Assembly: GCF_006345805.1 (NCBI RefSeq) | Contig: NW_021824865.1 | Location: 1 to 18,408, forward strand | From: Octopus sinensis | Taxonomy: Eukaryota | DNA length: 18,408 bases | Reading direction: 5' to 3' | Made by a program: the position numbers and the translations under genes | The notes under the pieces: generated by a model | What the model was told of the DNA's origin: nothing | Seen by the model: only the letters and a program-made list of their open reading frames with translations | The model's database searches: none | Shown here: piece after piece, positions 9,527 to 18,408 of the stretch | Layout: every line of letters starts with the position of its first letter | How positions within the stretch are numbered: the stretch's first letter is position 1

Positions 9527-10625
9527 TGTTACAAAACGAGTGGGGAGAGCCTCCGAAAACTGTTACGGAAATCCTCACACACAGGCCCGATTCGATGCAG
9601 CGAATAAGCTACGGAAACTAGTCGGAGAGAGGAGAGAGAGGCACTGCAACAACAACAACCGCAGCAGCACAGAGATACAGAGATACAACCCGAGAGAGAC
9701 ACCAAAAGAGGCAAGGCAACAACTGGCAACACTGGCTTATATTCAACAACTAGTTTATATGACAATCAATGGTTACAACATCAAAGCATTTAAGGCAAAC
9801 AACAAATCAATACATCATACGGGTATACCACAGATCAAGCATTTAACAACATACATGTAACAATATATCAGTCCGGAGACACAACAAGTCATATACAGTA
9901 TTTCAAAGGTACACGTCCGAAGACAACAGTTCTTGTAGTCTTTTTCTACACATCACAGATAACGTCACATCGACAGAGTCCTTCTTTTTCTCTCTTCTTT
10001 TCTCTTTCTTTTCTTTTACATCGTAACACGTATCAATACAATTAAATACCTCAATTCCTAATTGAATCGCCAGTGTCCCATTCTGCACTCATCTCTCAAT
10101 ACTGCTAATTCCTCTGTACATATTCCCTTCTGTGCCGCTAAGTTCTCTCGCATCCCAACGCTTGCTCCTAAGACTCCAGAATCCGACTGTCCACTCGACG
10201 ACCAACTCCCGACTGCCAAGACCTCACTTCGTCTCTGTCCTTCCCACTACCTCATCTCCCTCTGTTTCTACCACTTATAGCCTTTCTATTTGCTCTCTGA
10301 TCCCTTACTCTATCTCTATCCTCAATCTGTCCCTTACTGCTTATAGCCTTTCTATTTGCCCTCTGGTCTTACTGCCTATCTCTATCGCCTGCTGCCTATT
10401 ACCCTCTCATGACAGCTCTACCATACTCTCTGCCCCCTCATCCTCTCTCACGACATATTCAAGGGGTGTCTAGAATGACCCCTAATCAACCGCACAAGGC
10501 CAGAAAGGTCCTTCCAAAACCCATTAGTCTTCCATTAAACAAAGCACTGTCAGTTTTCGCCCAGACATGCCGGAACCATAATTCCAATGTGGGTCACCAA
10601 GACTGCACTAGCTAAACTCATAACA
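9527..10625. mobile_element. Solo-LTR-like element with TGTTA...TAACA ends and 4-bp ATAT TSD
   Basis: ATAT at 9523-9526 and 10626-10629. CpG-richer, CT/GA-skewed non-coding interior. An inner segment TGTTACG (9561)...CGTAACA (10028) is also present. Confidence 0.45.
10274..10395 (+). repeat. Tandem repeat, ~66 bp unit, about 2 copies
   Basis: CTTATAGCCTTTCTATTTGC at 10274 and 10340, each followed by CTTACT..CTATCTCTATC. Confidence 0.85.
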
Positions 10626-11652
10626 ATATCAACTGTTTTCTTTTTTTTCCTCTTTCAGTTTTACTTACTTACATAAGTTTCAGCCAGAATTGGCCCAGGT
10701 CATGACTAACTTAATAGCACCACCTGGACAAGATGTTTAATGATGCTTGGTATTATAGTTATTCTTTTGGCACCATAGTTCATTCAAGTGAAGAGTTATT
10801 GTTTGCAGAGATATAACTGGGTGTAGGTGATTTATATCTGGAATTGTATCAAATGTAAACAGTCATATCATTGAAATCTCAGAAGTTACAAGTCACTGCA
10901 TGATTAATGCAAAAATAACAAAGCGGGTGTGGTACCTATGGTCTGTACAAGTAATCATAGCTTGGTTTTTGTTGCTGTTGCTTTTGTCTAGCCCCATGTT
11001 AATTTTGATTGAGCAAACCTGTAATCAAAGAGAATCAACCCCCCCACCTCACCCCTATCTTATTCATATTGTGTAACAAGAGTTTTTTATGCAATATGTT
11101 TTTTCCTTTTTATGATGGTAGAGCAACATTGGAGAAGGATTCTCACAGCTAACCCTATATATGCTTTTTTTCTTCACTGGTGAAACTCTTGGGTTGGTTC
11201 ATGTTTGGCATACACCTGTGAAGGATGAATTCCTGCAGAGAAACTGTGGTAAAGAGTGAATTGCAGATGATGAAGAGGAAGGGCTGTGAAGAAGACATTT
11301 TGGGATGTATTTGTGCAGTGTAAATATGAAAAGAAAATGTGCAGCAAATGTGAATTTATCTGCAGAAGTGCTACATTCAAGGTTGTTTCACTTGCAATGT
11401 GGCAAATAAGAGTGTTTAGGGGTTTGGCAAAGTTAAAAGAAATTCTCTCAGGTACCAGAAGTCCAAACTGCAATTAGGGAAGCAAAAAACTTACAAGCTA
11501 CCTGATGCATGATGGAATCTTTTGCTTTCTGATGCTTATCTTGCAAGCATTGCTGTAGTGGGTGATTACTGACTGATTTCAAGTTTTGCATAAAGGCTTC
11601 TCCACTTGTACGGCAGTGGTAAAGTTGTGAGTGAACAACTCAACAGAATTTT

Positions 11653-11711
11653 ACAGAAAAGTCTAATTCTTCTATTGAATGTAACCGGGCAACACCGGGT
11701 ATCCCTGCTAG
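11653..11711 (+). mobile_element. Orphan Helitron 3' terminus
   Basis: 59 bp matching 14474-14531 (1 indel, 4 substitutions), with a GC-rich imperfect hairpin and CTAG|T. Confidence 0.85.
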
Positions 11712-12138
11712 TATATCTCTTATGATAAAAGGCAGATTTTCTCTGCCTGTTCCCATGTTTCTTTTTAATACAATTCTACAATATAGAATTTCTTCAATTG
11801 GAATTTACCTATGATTTTTCCAAGTAGATTTGATTGGGTCATGGCATGCAACGTTTTTTCAATTTGACCCCCAATTAAGCAAAAATTCGAGAGAACTCAA
11901 TATTTTACGATTTGCCTCTCTCATTTCAAGTGCTTCACTCTTTCCATTACCACCACACTTTCTCCTACTTTCTCTTAGCAAGTATGAAACTGTTAAAGTG
12001 AAAGTATTATATAACAGGGATGAGCCATTAATAGTGGTCGTCCTTTTTGCTAGAGGAAGATCCGCTAATGTCTTATATGCTACACCACTGGTTTTCAATT
12101 CATATTAATCAAATTAATATTCAATTTTTAACCCTTAT

Positions 12139-12140
<2 letters not shown>

Positions 12141-12171
<31 letters not shown>
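12141..12171. repeat. (TG)n microsatellite
   Basis: Direct reading. Confidence 0.95.
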
Positions 12172-12173
<2 letters not shown>

Positions 12174-12759
12174 TAGCAATTCGTATAAAATTGCATCACT
12201 GACTTGAACTTGAATAAGTGGGTTGACATAAATGGGATAAATTAAAAAGGTTTGTTGTTATTATTATTACTGTTTGACTATTGTAATCACATTTGTTGGT
12301 TCCTCGTCATGGAAACATTGTTGTGTTGCATTTGTTAAATAATTGTAAACCGTAACCCTTCCCCTTTCGGAGAAGGGGCTTTGGTTATTGTTTAAAAATT
12401 GAATTGTGTCCCTGTTTGGGGAAATTGACAATATTTTCACCGTCTTTACGGAAGCATTTTTGTTAAAATGCCTTTGATAGAAGAAAGTCCAAAAATGAAT
12501 TTCGCTGCAGCCGTACACTTCTATACAAGAGGGAGGACAAGATCCAATTAATCGAAATTGCAAGAGACAGGCCTACAATTCCAGTCTGTTATATATTTTG
12601 AGTATTGTTATCACTAGCGATATCAAGATATAACTTTGTATTTTGTATTTTATGTGTAGATGTATATATATATATAGATGTACATGTAATATGTACACAT
12701 ATATATACACATATATACATGCATAATATATCTACCCATACACACATACACACATACAT

Positions 12760-12897
12760 AGGGGCAGGTATGGCTGTGTGGTAACAAACTACGTTCCAAA
12801 CACAATATCCTGGGTTCAGTCCCACTGTGTGGTGACTTGGCATGTGTCTTCTGCTGTAGCTTCAGACCAACAAAAGCCTTCTCAGTGGATTTTGTAC
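12760..12897 (+). mobile_element. tRNA-derived SINE head with CORE-like domain, diverged
   Basis: A-box TGGCTGTGTGGT (12771-12782), B-box GGGTTCAGTCC (12812-12822), then ACTTGGCATGTGTCTT resembling the CCTTGGGCAAG CORE motif; flanked by TA/CA-rich tracts. Confidence 0.7.
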
Positions 12898-12934
12898 ATA
12901 TATACAGGCATACATACATTCAGGTCAGGGTCAA

Positions 12935-14355
12935 ATAGCCTTCCCACTGCTGTCATTCATGAAACAACCTACAACACTCAAGCGCTTTCAAAGTACATTG
13001 TTGAAAATGAGCCTAAATTACTTCTGGACCAGCTGCAGGCCTACTGAACTATTCTTAACAGTGTACGCCAACGCGAGGAATGAATCTTATTCCTCAATGC
13101 TCCTGGAGGGACAGGAAAAACATTTATTACAAAGCTTCCCCTTGCAGAAGTTAGGTAGCATCAGGACATTGCAGTAGTTGTAGCCTCCTCTGGCACTGCA
13201 GCTACTTTGTTACCCGGTGGCAGGACAGCACACTCAACTTTTAAACTCCCTTCAATTTAGCAGCATCCGAAATGCCTTCATGCAACATCAACAAAAGCTC
13301 AGATCAAGAAAGTACTTAAAATGTGTTATGTTAATTGTCTGGGAGTGCACTATGGCTCACAAGGGAGCTTTGGAAGCATTAGATAGAGCCCTGAAAGACA
13401 TCCGAGACTGTCAGGCATCAATGGGAGGTGTACGCTTCTGTTCAGGTGATTTCAGGCAAACTCTTCCTGTCATTCCAAAAGGCACTAGAGCTGATGAAGT
13501 TCAAGCACGCCTAAAGTCCTCTACCCTGTGGCATCATGTTACAATCTTTAGTCTCACCACTAACATGAGAGCTCAGCTACACAGCGACAAAATGTCCACA
13601 AAGTTTGCACAGGACATTTTGACACTTGGTGAAGGCAAGATGCCTCTCGATGCTGCAGGACAAATGGAAGTGTGGTCATTTTCCTCTGTTGTTAATTCTG
13701 TAGATGACCTCACAATCAAAGTCTTTCCCAACTTCACACAAAACTACCAAAATCACAATTGGCTGTGTGAAAGAGCATATTAGCTCCAAAAACGTCGCTG
13801 TTAACAAAATTAATCAACAGCTAATGCATTCTCTTCCGGCACTATACACACTTACAAGTCTGTTGATACAATTCCAGATATAAATGAAGTTGTGAACTAT
13901 CCTCCTGAATTTCTCAATTCACTGGAGCCTCCTCGAATACCTCCACACATATTACCACTTAAAGTTGAAACTCCTGTAATGCTACTCCGCAATCTGGAAC
14001 CACCAAGATTTTGCAATGGAACACGACTGGTGATAAAGAAAATGATGTCACACGTTATCGAGGTGATCATTCTTTCTGGATTGGGAAAGGTGATGACGTC
14101 TTTATTCCAAGATTTCCTCTTACTCCATCAGGAGCAGAAATTCCATTTACATTCCCCCTTCGTGTCAGCTTTGCCATGTCCATTAACAAATCTCAGGGTC
14201 AAACCCTCTCTGTAGCTGGTCTTCTCTTGGAAGAGCCCTGCTTCTCACATAGGCAACTGTATGTTGGCTGCTCAAGAGTAGGAACCAAAAGAAACCTTTT
14301 TGTATATGCTCCACAAGGAAAAACAAGGAACGTTGTTTACAACGAGGTGTTATAA
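12935..14355 (+). pseudogene. PIF1-family (SF1B) helicase domain of Helitron RepHel, degraded
   Basis: APGGTGKT (Walker A), ASSGTAATLL.GGRTAHS.FK, IVW-ECTM (Walker B Asp deleted), GDFRQTLPVI, LTTNMR, LLRNL.P...[32 protein letters not shown]. Stops, frameshifts and small in-frame deletions throughout. Confidence 0.95.
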
Positions 14356-14531
14356 TCTCAACAGCCAGGAGGTATATACATGATCCCCTTTTTTTTAACA
14401 AACTTCATGTACTTTCATGTATTTATATTAATATACATATATTTGTGTGTGTGTATCCATAAATATATATATAACAGAAAGTCTAATTCTTCTATTGAAT
14501 GTAACCAGGCAACGCTGGGTATCTCTGCTAG

Positions 14532-14595
<64 letters not shown>
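14532..14595. repeat. (TA)n microsatellite
   Basis: Direct reading; continues at 15131-15155 on the far side of the Tc1/mariner element. Confidence 0.95.
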
Positions 14596-15130
14596 CAGGG
14601 TGTCCCCAAAAAATGTATACACTTGCTGCAACAGTCGTTCATGCCAAGCATTAGAGAGGACTTTGAACAGGAAGAGTTTTATTTCCAGCAAGATGGGGCA
14701 CATCCACACTACCATCGCGATGTTAGATCCTTTCTTGATGGGATCTTGCCAAACAGGTGGATTGGACGGAGAGGTTTTTCGAATACCCTCCACGTTCACC
14801 AGACCTCACACCACTAGACTTCTTTTTATGGAGATACCTAAAGGACAAAGTCTACGCACAGAAACCTGCAACAATCGTTCAATTGAGGGCAACCATTGAA
14901 CATGAATGTACAAATATCCCAAGGGAATTGTTCCATGATGTGTGCCATTCCATCGCTTCACGTTGTCAGCAGTGTCTGGAGCAGAACGGACATCAGTTTG
15001 AGAACATGCGATAACAAGACAATAGAATGATATTTGTAAATTCTTTTACATGTTGAAAATTATTCGAATTATAATAAACCCCAAATTTACAATTATTTAA
15101 GGTGTGTATACATTTTTTGGGGACACCCTG
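14596..15130 (+). mobile_element. Tc1/mariner deletion derivative, DD41D (rosa/Visitor-type), 535 bp
   Basis: Perfect 27-bp TIRs CAGGGTGTCCCCAAAAAATGTATACAC with TA flanks. FQQDGA.PHY...VR.FLD......WIGR.G (frameshift) YPPRSPDLTPLDFFLW.YLK.KVY. The second and third Asp are separated by 41 residues once the 1-nt deletion is restored. Confidence 0.93.
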
Positions 15131-15794
15131 TATATATATATATATATATATATATTTATCCTATATTCTTGCCAGCTCAATTTGATTCATTCTCAGTCGA
15201 AAGACATCTGTTGTTATATTCTTGTTGTTTGTATTTGTAATTGTGTACCATGTTCTCCGCTTTTTGTCTTTGTTGTTGTACACATTCGCTAGCTTTCTCA
15301 CAAAAAAATCTAATGCTCTTAGCTTACACTTTTTTGGGGGTAACCAGATTGAGCAGTCTCAAATGTAATTGCCTGAAACAGTAAGGACATCTGGTAACTT
15401 GACTGATAAAAGAAGGCCACAACTAACCCGTCCTTTTTTTTCCTGTCCCTCTAATTGTTGTTTTTTCCTGATGGTACTTTCTTTGTTATTTCAGCTTTGT
15501 TTACTTTTTGAATATCATTCATGTACTGTTTTCAGTAGTAGCCAGAGCATATAGACAGGCGTTAATCTGCTAGTCTGTGGGTTCATCACACTGTTGTAAA
15601 TACTCATTACCAATTTCGTTAACAGCTTTTAATCCCATATCTGGTGGTTTTTTTACTTACTTTGGTAGAGAATATTCTCCCCTCGAGAGAGTACTTCAAA
15701 GCCAAAGTTATATATCACACATGATAACGTGGCTGACCAGGCTATCAGATACATTATTTACATTTGACGGATATTTGTCCTCATCTTTGTTGTT

Positions 15795-15837
15795 AACACG
15801 TTTCAGCTGATATACCCTCCACCCTTCATCAGGTGTC
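15795..15837 (-). ncRNA. Hammerhead ribozyme motif, degenerate (3-nt deletion at the cleavage triplet)
   Basis: GACAC-CUGAUGA-A-GGGUG(GAGGGUAUAU)CAGCU-GAAAC-[3 nt missing]-GUGUU. Confidence 0.65.
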
Positions 15838-15890
15838 TTAGGGAAATTTCGAACTTGGGTTCTCATTCCTAAGGTATTTTTCAATGTTGT

Positions 15891-15923
<33 letters not shown>

Positions 15924-15925
15924 TA

Positions 15926-15990
15926 TTCAGGTCACTGCCTGGAATCAAACTTGGAATCTTGGGGTTAGTAGCCCGCACTCTTAACCACAA
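15926..15990 (-). promoter_or_regulatory. tRNA-Ser-like Pol III head (A-box remnant, anticodon-like arm, B-box)
   Basis: TGTGGTTAAG; GGG-CTACTAA-CCC (7-nt CU-NNN-AA loop, one change from Ser-GCT CTGCTAA); AAGTTTGATTCC (B-box GTTCGANNC with a CpG-type change). Confidence 0.65.
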
Positions 15991-16013
15991 CACCTGATTT
16001 GAAATTTCCCCAA

Positions 16014-16059
16014 GACACCTGATGAAGGCTGGAGGGTATATCAGCTGAAACATTGTGTT
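16014..16059 (+). ncRNA. Minimal type-I hammerhead ribozyme motif (G>A change in stem III)
   Basis: GACAC-CUGAUGA-A-GGCUG(GAGGGUAUAU)CAGCU-GAAAC-AUU-GUGUU. Stem I is 5 bp (one GU), stem II is 5 bp (one GU), and the core CUGAUGA/GAAA is intact. Confidence 0.75.
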
Positions 16060-16194
16060 AACAACAAACAAGATGAGAACAAATATCCGTCAAAATGTAA
16101 ATAATGTACATAATTCCTCATCTCTTAAATATAGAACTGCATCAGGTTATCAGATGTTTTAACCTTCAAATGACACCACCCTACTGGCTATGCA

Positions 16195-16345
16195 AGTAGG
16201 CCAAATTTCAAAAGGAGAGACTGGAGCAACGTGAGATGAATTGGTTTTGCTCAAGAACACAATGTGCTGCCCACTCAAGGAATCAAACCCACAATTTTGA
16301 GTGCAACAGCCTAACCAACTTGGCCACATGCCTTCACACACACAC
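16195..16345 (-). mobile_element. tRNA-derived SINE head plus central domain, diverged
   Basis: A-box TGGCCAAGTTGGTTAGG, B-box GGGTTTGATTCC, then GTGTTCTTGAGCAAAAC..CACGTTGCTCCAGTC. Confidence 0.7.
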
Positions 16346-16387
16346 CACAATAATATATATATATATATTATTATATATATATATATA

Positions 16388-16590
16388 TACTCTCTTTTAC
16401 TTGTTTCAGTCATTTGACTGTGACCATGCTGGAGCACCACCTTTAGTCGAGCAAATCAACCCCAGGACTTATTCTTTGTAAGCCTAGTACTTATTCTATG
16501 GGCCTTTTTGCCAAACCGCTAAGTCATGGGGATGTAAACACACCAGCATCGGTTGTCAAGCGATGTTGGGGGAACAAACACAAACACACA
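16388..16590 (-). mobile_element. SINE, 3' half (same family as 305-490)
   Basis: Homology to 305-490 and 3300-3530. Confidence 0.85.
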
Positions 16591-17167
16591 TACACATGTT
16601 TGTGTATATACATAGAACCACACTCATACTATATACATACATGTAAATACATACAAACACAGATTTATGTGCATACAAAACATTTATATATATTCAGAAG
16701 CATATACATAAAATTAAAAAGGCATACAAACTATAAACATAACATATACATGTGTATAATATATTAATATATGCATTACAGACTTATAAATATAAATGTA
16801 TGTATATAACAAATATAATTATATATATAGTAGCAAGCACCATCATATAGTTGGTAAATTCTGATAAGCTGAGACAGCAAACCAGGTTTGGTTATTGGTT
16901 GTTTGTAGTTATTTCACTCACATTACTAATGCCCCTGGAAAAGGCAAGAAAGTCACAACTCTTGATTCCCACTTCCTGAAGTTAATAACATCTGATCATT
17001 CATTAATAGATTTGTCATATCATAAAACATAAAGCATTGACTTTATTGTACTCACACATTGGATATAATATTTCAAAAATAAAGATATATAATTATATTT
17101 ATCAAATACATATATCTATATCCATTCATATATTTATCCATTTGTGTATCTATACACGTACATATAC

Positions 17168-17200
<33 letters not shown>

Positions 17201-17252
17201 CTTACATATATATATATATATATATAATATATATATTATATATATATATATA

Positions 17253-17455
17253 TACTCTCTTTTACTTGTTTCAGTCATTTGACTGTGACCTGCTGGAGCA
17301 CCACCTTTAGTCGAGCAAATCAACCCCAGGACTTATTCTTTGTAAGCCTAGTACTTATTCTATGGGCCTTTTTGGCCAACCGCTAAGTCATGGGGATGTA
17401 AACACACCAGCATCGGTTGTCAAGCGATGTTGGGAACAAACACAAACACACATAC
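17253..17455 (-). mobile_element. SINE, 3' half (duplicate of 16388-16590)
   Basis: Part of tandem duplication copy 2. Confidence 0.8.
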
Positions 17456-18001
17456 ACATGTTTGTGTATATACATAGAACCACACTCATACTATATACAT
17501 ACATGTAAATACATACAACACAGATTATGTGCATACAAAACATTATATATATTCAGAGCATATACATAAAATTAAAAAGGCATACAAACTATAACATAAC
17601 ATATACATGTGTATAATATATTAATAATGCATTACAGACTTATAAATATAAATGTATGTATATAACAAATATAATATATATATAGTAGCAAGCACCATCA
17701 TATAGTTGGTAAATTCTGATAAGCTGAGACAGCAACCAGGTTTGGTTATTGTTGTTTGTAGTTATTTCACTCACATTACTAATGCCCCTGGAAAAGGCAA
17801 GAAAGTCACAACTCTTATTCCCACTTCCTGAAGTTAATAACATCTGATCATTCATTAATAGATTTGTCATATCATAAAACATAAAGCATTGACTTTATTG
17901 TACTCACCATTGGATATAATATTTCAAAAATAAAGATATATAATTATATTTATCAAATACATATATCTATATCCATTCATATATTTATCCATTTGTGTAT
18001 C

Positions 18002-18199
18002 TATACACGTACATATACATACATACATACACTATATATATATTATCTACTTACATAATATAATAGTATATATATATATATATACACGTACATATACATA
18101 CATACATACATATAATATATATGCACGTACATATACATACATAAATATATATATATATACGTACATATACATACATACTATATATATATATACGTACAT

Positions 18200-18232
<33 letters not shown>

Positions 18233-18239
18233 CGTACAT

Positions 18240-18276
<37 letters not shown>

Positions 18277-18408
18277 CACGTACATATACATACATACATA
18301 TATATATATACGTACATATACATACATACATATATATATAGATATACACACGTACATATACATACATACATATATATATATATATACACGTATATATACA
18401 TACATACA
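18002..18408 (+). repeat. Compound minisatellite: (TA)n + (CA)CGTACATATACATAC(ATAC)n, about 10 units, running to the window end
   Basis: CGTACATATACATAC recurs about every 30-50 bp (one gap of ~80 bp) from 18008 to 18388. Confidence 0.92.

Larger units (their letters stand above)
11716..14531 (+). mobile_element. Helitron, internally deleted (no Rep domain seen); 5' end tentative
   Basis: A|TC start (TCTCTTATGATAAAAGGCAG), helicase remnant, 3' hairpin ACCAGGCAACGCTGGGT and CTAG|T at 14528-14532; consistent with A/T insertion without a TSD. Confidence 0.65.
15751..16142. mobile_element. tRNA-headed, hammerhead-containing non-autonomous retroelement with inverted arm (Penelope-type), 13-bp TSD
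   Basis: CAGGCTATCAGAT (15738-15750) and CAGGTTATCAGAT (16143-16155) flank it. Inverted arms of ~100 bp (15751-15850 and 16001-16107) each carry a hammerhead core. The spacer holds (AAT)n and a tRNA-like head. Confidence 0.8.
16388..18011 (+). repeat. Tandem duplication: copy 1 at 16388-17160, copy 2 at 17253-18011 (possibly artefactual)
   Basis: Colinear over ~770 bp. By my manual alignment copy 2 lacks 15 bases, has 1 inserted base and shows no clear substitution. Confidence 0.95.

Noticed and set aside
9426-9860. 144-aa ORF (and 10132-10473) as genes
   Set aside because: Low-complexity translations of LTR-like non-coding sequence, with no recognisable motif or splice support.
15926-15990. 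Functional tRNA gene (also the heads at 7640-7705, 12760-12830 and 16290-16345)
   Set aside because: No complete cloverleaf or acceptor stem; these are SINE heads.
18047-18405. YI/MYVCI-rich ORFs here and at 2964-3586, 12589-12919, 14380-14899, 16159-17282
   Set aside because: Artefacts of stop-free (TA)n/(CA)n/(TACA)n repeats and SINE sequence.
18002-18408. CRISPR-like repeat-spacer array
   Set aside because: The 'spacers' are (TA)n tracts, the context is eukaryotic, and there are no cas genes.

Overview
AT-rich, repeat-dense eukaryotic DNA that looks intronic or intergenic. I recognise the SINE/LINE families from memory as octopus (coleoid cephalopod) types; this was not verified by a search. 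No intact host gene can be identified. The window holds decayed or deleted transposons: a Gypsy-like pol fragment (RNase H-integrase), a CR1-type LINE 3' end, RTE-type LINE 3' ends, a Chapaev-like and a DD41D Tc1/mariner deletion derivative, a Helitron with a PIF1 helicase remnant plus an extra orphan 3' end, several tRNA-derived SINEs, two LTR-like segments and many microsatellites. The most interesting signal is three minimal type-I hammerhead ribozyme motifs from two unrelated repeat families. Two of them lie in a ~390 bp TSD-flanked insertion (15751-16142) that joins a tRNA-Ser-like Pol III head, an (AAT)n linker and a hammerhead, with an inverted second hammerhead arm. It looks like a Penelope-type (retrozyme-like) SINE. 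Also notable: a dense NF-Y/E-box/E2F/TATA cluster (6875-7030), one well-bounded candidate exon (8665-8756), and a terminal ~865 bp tandem duplication whose second copy differs almost only by 1-nt deletions and is probably an assembly artefact.
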